From Candidatus Poribacteria bacterium (lineage in GTDB: Bacteria > Poribacteria > WGA-4E > PCPOR2b), in the NCBI GenBank assembly GCA_965116925.1, contig OZ220744.1:5952001-6016000 (forward strand): a stretch of 64,000 bases of DNA, given 5' to 3'. Under the pieces are notes generated by a model, which did not search any database, was not told the DNA's origin, and saw only the letters and a program-made list of their open reading frames with translations. The first letter of the stretch is position 1; every line of letters begins with the position of its first letter. A program made the position numbers and the translations under genes. Of this stretch, positions 57,340-64,000 are shown in pieces.

Positions 57340-58103
57340 CTGATTTTTTCTCCTTAAAGTGTCGTAATGCTTGCAGAAACGCGGAAAGCCCGAAATCCAG
57401 TGGTGTGCCAGATCGGCTTTGGACCTGTCTCAACTCGATGAACGAGCGGAAAGCAATGGTGAAAATGCCTCTCGAAATTCTTGATCCTTTGGACGTGAAA
57501 ATCTCCTAAATGTTGAAGGACTAATCCGTTTCTGTCCTACAAAGTATAACATAATTGTGTATTAAACCCTACACCAAAATTCACTGAACAAGGATGCCTG
57601 TCTGAACATTCTGCCCGATGGGGTGTAGGGCGTTTGCTGCGCTCCGCCTTTTTGCTTGCATTTCAAGAGTCGGTGTGCTAACATGAACGCATCATATCCT
57701 CGGCGAAAATTTCATACAGATACAGTCGCGCGTATCTCATTGAGATGCGTTCTCAGACTGGATTTACAGGACTCAAAATTGACAGGGTTGATAATGAAGT
57801 TGAGAATCTTTAAGCGTTGATAAACGCACTTATCAAAGGTAAAACCGCTTTTCCCCCGGCGGAACAGGGGTGAGCTTAGGTCGCAATTAACGGTGTGGCC
57901 TGCTCCGGAGCGGGATTCAACTGGACAGGGAAGCCGGCACTACAGTTTGGTGCAGATTGGCATTTGTGAATCGACGAGACGAACCGAGATAGATCAGGTG
58001 GGGGCCAACGCGTGGGACCATATACCGTGATTGACGAATAGCAACCCGATACCACACCCGCTGAATAGAAACCAACCCTTAACCATCGAAAAGGGTACCA
58101 CAA

Positions 58104-58358
58104 ATGGAAGCGTTGCTTATGCTGATAATTCTTGGAAGTTTGAGCCTCGCTGCTTATCTCCTCATTAATTATCCTTTCGATCCACCCAAGGACGGGAAGC
58201 AACGCGATGACGACAGGCAGAAGAAACCAAAACGTCGACGCATTACGCGAATTGAAGATATTGATGGTCGGATCTATTTTCGAGGTGCCCCGCCGGAGGA
58301 ATGGAAGGCTTTAGAAGAAGAATACCAGAGACAGCAGCGAGAAAAATATTACAGATAA
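58104..58358 (+). CDS. Small hypothetical membrane protein
   Basis: N-terminal TM helix and basic tail. Confidence 0.5.
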   Translation: MEALLMLIILGSLSLAAYLLINYPFDPPKDGKQRDDDRQKKPKRRRITRIEDIDGRIYFRGAPPEEWKALEEEYQRQQREKYYR

Positions 58359-58421
58359 TCGACCCTACACCCCCAGAATGTCCGATACAATCTCTTATCG
58401 GATACAAGTAGGAGGAATATT

Positions 58422-58940
58422 TTGGAATTACGTTTTGACGAATCGCAAATCCGTTACTATGCAGAAAAGTATCTGGAGGACCATCCAGTTTACGACAATT
58501 CCGTAAAAAGCATTATAGGTGAGGTAAAAGCAAGAAGGTATCTAACACTATCCGACTTGATAGCACTCTCAAACTGGACAGGGGATCCTCGAAACAAGCT
58601 TCGCATCGAAAAGAACTCCAGTATCTCCATCGAAGAGATTACACGAATCGCTCTAAGCCCAGACACGGCTGAGCCCGACAGAATCAACAGCCTACAACTG
58701 TACGGTGTTGGTCCAACAATCGCTTCCGCAATCTTACACTGGTTTCACAAAGATTGTTACCCTATTTGGTCCAAACCTGCCAGATACAGTGTTCACCTCG
58801 ACAAAAGCAGAGACGAACCAAAGCCCGAAGAGTGGCAAGCCTATGTCTCATTTTGTAGATGTTTAGCGAAGAAAAGCAAAGTAAATATGCGAACTTTGGA
58901 CAGAGCACTCTGGAAATACGGGAAATACCGAGGGGCATAA
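58422..58940 (+). CDS. Hypothetical helix-hairpin-helix (DNA glycosylase-like) protein
   Basis: AGGAGG RBS, HhH LYGVGPTIASAIL and C-terminal R.LDRALW. Confidence 0.6.
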   Translation: MELRFDESQIRYYAEKYLEDHPVYDNSVKSIIGEVKARRYLTLSDLIALSNWTGDPRNKLRIEKNSSISIEEITRIALSPDTAEPDRINSLQLYGVGPTIASAILHWFHKDCYPIWSKPARYSVHLDKSRDEPKPEEWQAYVSFCRCLAKKSKVNMRTLDRALWKYGKYRGA

Positions 58941-59007
58941 TTTGCCGCGAAGGGGGCATCTCCCTTGTGGCAACACTTCAAGAGACGGGGATTTAAAAGG
59001 AGATAAA

Positions 59008-59292
59008 ATGATAAGCATTGTTAGGCAAAAACTTTTGACTATACATCACTTGACTGACGATTTAGTGCCGAATAGTAATAATAACTCACGAATAATTGAA
59101 ATTCTAACAGAACGAGCAGGGTTGCTTGATCAACTTGGAGAATCTGATGAGGCTCAAGCCGATAGATTTGCCGTGAGGCACATCGAAAGGCATCCCAATA
59201 GAGATCATAGCCATCTATCTTATGGGCGTGCAGCCCAAATAGAACTTCAAGGAATTGCAGAGAGGAATGGAATGAGGGACCTATTTCGATAA
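59008..59292 (+). CDS. Hypothetical protein
   Basis: AAGGAG RBS. 94 aa with no recognisable motif. Confidence 0.5.
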   Translation: MISIVRQKLLTIHHLTDDLVPNSNNNSRIIEILTERAGLLDQLGESDEAQADRFAVRHIERHPNRDHSHLSYGRAAQIELQGIAERNGMRDLFR

Positions 59293-59436
59293 AAGGAGAA
59301 TATCCTATAAATTAGCTTATCGGACATCGTTGTGAAAGAACAGTCGTAAAAAGTGATAAAAGCTACAAGGGAAAAACGCTTTACCACGTCTCCCTTGTAG
59401 TTTAGGATTGTTTATCAAGGAATAAAGGGAGGGGCT

Positions 59437-60807
59437 ATGGATATATTGACGATGGTATTGATTGCTCTTGCATTACTATCCGTGGTGACAGCAGGTGTGG
59501 TGCATCGAGCGTATTCTCGGTCGCAAGATCGTGTGCAGGAACTTACTGCGAAAGTGTCAGGTTTGGATGTAAACCTCGAAGATAGAGACAGCCAATTAAA
59601 TTCAGCAACTCAAGAAAGAGATGGATTACGCGATAATGCAAATCAACTTACTGCAAAAGTGTCGGGTTTGGAGGCAAGTCTCGAAGATAGAGAGAGTCAA
59701 TTAAATTCAGTAACCCAGGAAAGAGATGAATTACGCGATAATGCAAATCAACTTACTCAGCAGGTGGCAAGCCTTGAGGCAAATCTCAACGCCAAAGAGG
59801 AACAACTAGCTGAGCTTAATGCGTTCGAGGAGCGTTCCTTAAATGCGTTCAAAGTGTTATCATCAAAAATAGTGACAGATCAGGGGGAGTTATTGAGATC
59901 GCAGACGGTGGATTCCGTCAATAACTTAATTAGACCGCTTTCGGAGGGAATTGATAAGTTTAATACGGCGCGAGCGCGAGCTGAAGGTTCTCTGAGTGAC
60001 GACATAACAAGGCTTACATCTGAAACAGGCAAATTGGCTTCTGCATTGACGAAGGCACCTCACGTGCGTGGCAGATGGGGTGAAATGCAAGTTGAACGTG
60101 CCTTGGAATTGTCAGGTCTTGCTAAAGGCACCCACTATACGGTGCAAGATACCGATGGAGCAGGGGGACGAACTGACTTTATTGTCCATCTATCCAATGA
60201 CCGCCACATCATCATTGATTCAAAGGTGTCTCTAGTTGCCTATCTTGATGCCGAAGGTGCGACTAATGAAGAAGAACGCACTCAGTTTCTTGAAAATCAT
60301 GCGCGAGCTGTGAGAAATCAGGTGACCGTTTTAGCGGGAAAGGAGTATCAACAAACCCTGCCAAATACGGCAGATTTTGTGGTGATGGCGATGCCTGACT
60401 TTGCTTTGCCAGCTGCGGTGCAACACGACCATGACCTGATTGATTATGCTTTGGAAAGACGAATAGTCTTAGCGACTTTTTCTATGCTGGTGCCGCTGTT
60501 AAAATGTGTTGCGATGGGTTGGCAACAGAAAAACTTTGGGGATCAGGCTCAAGAAATTGCTGCTTGTGGTAGGGAACTCTACAAGCGTCTAGGGCCCTTC
60601 GTTTCTACTCACTTGTGTGACATTGGTGCTTCACTCAGCAAAGCTGTTAAAGCGTATAATGCGAGTGTGGGATCCTTTGATCAAAGGGTTATGCCACAAG
60701 CCCGGCGTTTTGTGGAATTGGACATAGCATCATCAGAATTGGAGGGCCCCGAAGTAATCAATCAGTCTGTTCGCTCTTTGAAAGATAGCTCCTTAGATGA
60801 TTTGTAA
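59437..60807 (+). CDS. rmuC: DNA recombination protein RmuC
   Basis: N-terminal TM, coiled coil, RG.WGE, D..V.L, IIDSK, DFVVM and YN..VGS motifs. Confidence 0.9.
   Translation: MDILTMVLIALALLSVVTAGVVHRAYSRSQDRVQELTAKVSGLDVNLEDRDSQLNSATQERDGLRDNANQLTAKVSGLEASLEDRESQLNSVTQERDELRDNANQLTQQVASLEANLNAKEEQLAELNAFEERSLNAFKVLSSKIVTDQGELLRSQTVDSVNNLIRPLSEGIDKFNTARARAEGSLSDDITRLTSETGKLASALTKAPHVRGRWGEMQVERALELSGLAKGTHYTVQDTDGAGGRTDFIVHLSNDRHIIIDSKVSLVAYLDAEGATNEEERTQFLENHARAVRNQVTVLAGKEYQQTLPNTADFVVMAMPDFALPAAVQHDHDLIDYALERRIVLATFSMLVPLLKCVAMGWQQKNFGDQAQEIAACGRELYKRLGPFVSTHLCDIGASLSKAVKAYNASVGSFDQRVMPQARRFVELDIASSELEGPEVINQSVRSLKDSSLDDL
59542..59790 (+). repeat. Intragenic 105-bp (35-aa) tandem repeat in rmuC, 2 copies plus a partial third
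   Basis: Units start at 59542, 59647 and 59752. Confidence 0.85.
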
Positions 60808-60880
60808 GCCACAAGGGAGGCACACCTCGCAAACAGTCTATCCGTTGAGCGGCACTTGAGAATACATTAAGGAGGAAAAA

Positions 60881-61402
60881 TTGGGAGACAAAGAGAATTA
60901 CGATTTCAGGAAGTCCAGATGGGGCATGTCAAGGGATGAGGTAAAGTCTACGGAAGATGCTACATTTATCGGTTCAACTGAGGATTTCTTATTTTATGAC
61001 GGGCGTGTAGCTAACATGGATTGTGGTATTAGCTATAATTTTGTAAACAACATGCTGGTATCTGCTAGGTACGGGTTTACAGAAGAACATAGCAATAAAA
61101 ATGATTACCTATATGATTTTTTTAAATTAAAGGATATCCTGAAGGAGAAATATGGAGATCCGGCAATTGACGATATAGATTGGCGTAACAGACTGTATGT
61201 CGACAGCGAAGAGGACTACGGGTTCGCCGTCAGTCTGGGGCATTTGGAGCTGTTTGCAGCATGGGATACCCCTAGCACAGGCATAAGTTGTCGCCTTTAT
61301 GGCGATAATTACGAAGTTGAATTAGGTGTTCTATATCGCAGCAAGGCACACCAACATCTTGTGGAGAAAAATTTAGAAAGTAAAGATCTTGATGATTTCT
61401 AA
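60881..61402 (+). CDS. Hypothetical protein (FR...WGMS..EV...E pattern)
   Basis: TAAGGAGG RBS. 173 aa. Confidence 0.6.
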   Translation: MGDKENYDFRKSRWGMSRDEVKSTEDATFIGSTEDFLFYDGRVANMDCGISYNFVNNMLVSARYGFTEEHSNKNDYLYDFFKLKDILKEKYGDPAIDDIDWRNRLYVDSEEDYGFAVSLGHLELFAAWDTPSTGISCRLYGDNYEVELGVLYRSKAHQHLVEKNLESKDLDDF

Positions 61403-61989
61403 TAGTGCTCAATCAAACCCTGATGAGTAATAAACACGTCCGATAATATTTCGGTAGGTCTGCACTAAAGTGTGGAGTCGTGAAATCGGCACTCAGGCTT
61501 ATAAAATCGTTCATACAGCAACAAGACATTCATCAAAGAAATTCTCAATGAACACGGGGTTTGGAGGCGTATTACCGATGTATGACATTTTTGGGTGTAC
61601 CTCGGATTTGTCCCATAATTTCAGACATTTGATGCCTACCACACTTAACTGCGGTGCTACCAATATTTCTTACCAGACATTTTAAGCCCTTTTTTGGAAA
61701 ACCCCAAAAACAAGATCCAGTCATAGCGCGGATCTTGGTTGTCTCAATAAGCAAAAAATATGTCCCAATAACTTGTAGGGGAGAAGTCATGGGACTGCAT
61801 AAGGCTTTTATTTTTATTAAAACACGGTATGGCGTTGGGTTTCACTTTATCTATCCTGTAAAAAGGTGTTGGTAGAAAGCGTAGCTTCTATTGTGTTTGA
61901 TAGGGTTCTGCTTTAACCGTTCAACCCAACCTACCCGCTGTCAAATATCAACACGCCCTAACTCGGCATCTGGAAAGGAGGGTATCAAC

Positions 61990-63033
61990 ATGAAAGCCGC
62001 TCAACTGTATGCCTACGACAAAGAGATGAACGTCGATCTGAAAATTGAAACCGTACCTGAGCCAACGATCAGCAATCCTGAGGATGTGATTGTTCGTGTC
62101 GGTGCTGCAGGCTTATGCCGAACCGATCTACACATCATCGAAGGGGTATGGCGGGACGTGATGGATGCGGACGGCGCGTTGTTGCCTTACATCATGGGGC
62201 ATGAAAACGCAGGTTGGGTTGAGGAGGTTGGCGTTGGCGTGAAATCGGTAAAGCCGGGTGATGCCGTTATCTGCCATCCCTTGCGGTCGTGCGGAATCTG
62301 TACAGGCTGCCGCCGGGGCGAGGATATGTACTGCGAGAACAACGCATTTCCGGGGCTGAGCGACAACGGTGGCTTTGCCGAGTATTTCCTGACCAATGAG
62401 CGGGCGTTGATTAAACTTAACGAGAATGTGTTGCCGGTGAATGTGGCTCCCATGGCGGATGCCGGCATCACTGCCTACCGGGTAGCCAAGCGGGCGGCGA
62501 AGATCTTGAATCCGGGCAGTTATTGTGCGATCCTCGGTGTGGGTGGGTTGGGACACATTGCCCTCCAGTGTTTGCATGAGTTGTGCGGCACCCGTACCAT
62601 TGCGATTGACCGAAGTGAATCTGCCCGAAAATTGGCTAAAGACTTGGGGGCTCACCATGTGCTTGACGGCGGTCCCGATGTCGTTGAGGAGTTGAAAGAA
62701 CTCACCGGAGGCGGTGCCCACGCCGTCATTGATTTTGTGGGAGAGCTCGGCGCAGAGCAACTCTGCTGGCAGATGTTGCGTCAAGGTGGGACCCACTTCG
62801 TCGTCGGTTACGGCGGCACAATTGAGGTCCCCACCGTTCACATGATTATCAATGAAATCGCAATTGTCGGCAGCCTTGTTGGCAATTATACGGAATTGGT
62901 CGAATTGATGGAGCTGAACGCCGAAGGTCGCGTTAATATGCGTGCACAAGAGTACTCGCTGGACGACATTAACACGGCTATCACCGACTTCAAAAATCGT
63001 CAGATTGTGGGTCGGGGCGTTATTGTTCCCTAA
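61990..63033 (+). CDS. Zn-dependent NAD(P) alcohol dehydrogenase
   Basis: C.TD.H, GHE, structural CxxCxxC-x7-C, third ligand D (ADAG) and GVGGLG. Start ATG 61990. Confidence 0.93.
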   Translation: MKAAQLYAYDKEMNVDLKIETVPEPTISNPEDVIVRVGAAGLCRTDLHIIEGVWRDVMDADGALLPYIMGHENAGWVEEVGVGVKSVKPGDAVICHPLRSCGICTGCRRGEDMYCENNAFPGLSDNGGFAEYFLTNERALIKLNENVLPVNVAPMADAGITAYRVAKRAAKILNPGSYCAILGVGGLGHIALQCLHELCGTRTIAIDRSESARKLAKDLGAHHVLDGGPDVVEELKELTGGGAHAVIDFVGELGAEQLCWQMLRQGGTHFVVGYGGTIEVPTVHMIINEIAIVGSLVGNYTELVELMELNAEGRVNMRAQEYSLDDINTAITDFKNRQIVGRGVIVP

Positions 63034-63181
63034 CCCCTAGTCACACACAAATTGATGAAGGCTCATGTAAAAAGAAAGCATGAAGAGAAACCGAGTTTTT
63101 TCTTCAAAACTCGGTTTCTTTGCACTAAATCTTAACATGAGCAATTGATAGAAATCCAGCACGGCGTAAGTGGAGGGAAAA

Positions 63182-63943
63182 ATGTACGATGATGTGCGGC
63201 TATCGCTTCCTGATACTTTAGATCGAGAGGTCATCTTCAAGCGACTGGAGAGGGTACTTGATCCTGAACTTGACGAGTCCATCCTCAAACTTGGTTTCGT
63301 CAAGTCGGTTAAAGCCGAAAGCGATCATCTAACAATTGAACTGCACCTTCCCACATACTGGTGTGCACCCAACTTCTCCTACATGATGGCTGAGGATACC
63401 CGTCGTGAACTTCTAACGGTTGAGGGGATCCACGATGTCACGGTTCGGTTGACAGATCATTTTGCTGCGAAGACAATTGAAGCGGGTGTGAACGCTGGCA
63501 AATCCTTCTCGCAGGCTTTCCCAGATGAGGCATCTGAAGATCTGTGTCAACTCAGCGATCTTTTTCTTCGTAAAGGGTATATTAAGCGTCAAGAACGGCT
63601 GTTGCAGAACTTGAAAAATGCGGGTTTATCATTTGAGGAGATCGCTGCCCGACGTATTAGCGACCTCTATTGTGAGGACGAATCTTGTCGGATCCGGCGC
63701 AACGATGGTCGAATATGTGATGTTGGGGAGGCTGAAGTCGCTCGTCAATACTTCCAGCGTCGAGCGGAAATGGACCTTGACTGCTCGCCTACTGCGCCTC
63801 TGATAATCGATCTGCGTGGTAGAGAGGTCACTGCCGAACAGTTAGAGAAGTATCTGATACGCGCACGCACCGTGCGCGTCGCACTGCAAGCGAACGGGTC
63901 GTTCTGTGCTGCTGTGTTGACAGCACGGAAAGGTAAAAACTGA
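63182..63943 (+). CDS. DUF59/Fe-S assembly-like domain protein of the type found beside soluble diiron monooxygenase clusters
   Basis: DPEL...I..LGFV, LPTYWCAPNF and C-terminal AN..FC..L..R. Confidence 0.75.
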   Translation: MYDDVRLSLPDTLDREVIFKRLERVLDPELDESILKLGFVKSVKAESDHLTIELHLPTYWCAPNFSYMMAEDTRRELLTVEGIHDVTVRLTDHFAAKTIEAGVNAGKSFSQAFPDEASEDLCQLSDLFLRKGYIKRQERLLQNLKNAGLSFEEIAARRISDLYCEDESCRIRRNDGRICDVGEAEVARQYFQRRAEMDLDCSPTAPLIIDLRGREVTAEQLEKYLIRARTVRVALQANGSFCAAVLTARKGKN

Positions 63944-64000
63944 GCCAACCTTTCAAAAGTGGTTCATAAAGAAAGAAAGTGTAAAGCGCGAAGAGAAACC

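Noticed and set aside
61403..61875. Short ORFs of 71-73 aa on both strands
   Set aside because: No RBS or recognisable motifs. Possibly a decayed gene but not assignable.
62128..62949. 273-aa antisense ORF (and similar shadow ORFs such as 3559-4227 and 54643-55338)
   Set aside because: They fully overlap well-supported genes and are shadow or alternate frames.

Overview
Bacterial chromosomal window of moderate GC. The dense REP/MITE-filled intergenic spaces and the TPR, Uma2, YCF48 and sugar-catabolic genes resemble sponge-symbiont genomes such as Candidatus Poribacteria; this is inference, not verified. Bases 1-14.3 kb hold a minus-strand type I-B (Cas8b1/Cst1) CRISPR-Cas locus: WYL regulator, cas6, cas8b1, cas7, cas5, cas3, cas1, cas2, cas4, leader and an array of 37-bp repeats (22 full repeats, cut by the window edge). 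A REP-associated tyrosine transposase sits between cas1 and cas2, and two orphan antitoxin-like genes interrupt the locus. The most striking unannotated signal is a set of CRISPR-repeat-like hairpins in sense orientation in cas gene leaders. The cas6 copy has the identical loop and a compensatory stem pair, the cas8 copy sits next to an SD-ATG-TGG-TAG minigene, and a weaker copy precedes cas1. A DriD/PafBC-like WYL operator lies at the cas8 promoter. Together these suggest Cas6-based RNA-level control of the cas operons layered on WYL control (a hypothesis). The rest of the window is metabolic and accessory: a GH42-like gene lacking the acid/base Glu next to a CoA-transferase, tandem sigma54-driven amt genes, a TnpB-only IS200/IS605 element, E1 alpha/beta, GH4, an orphan cytochrome b, hflKC-lipA, a giant YCF48-repeat lipoprotein, an RmuC-containing island and an ADH-DUF59 pair.
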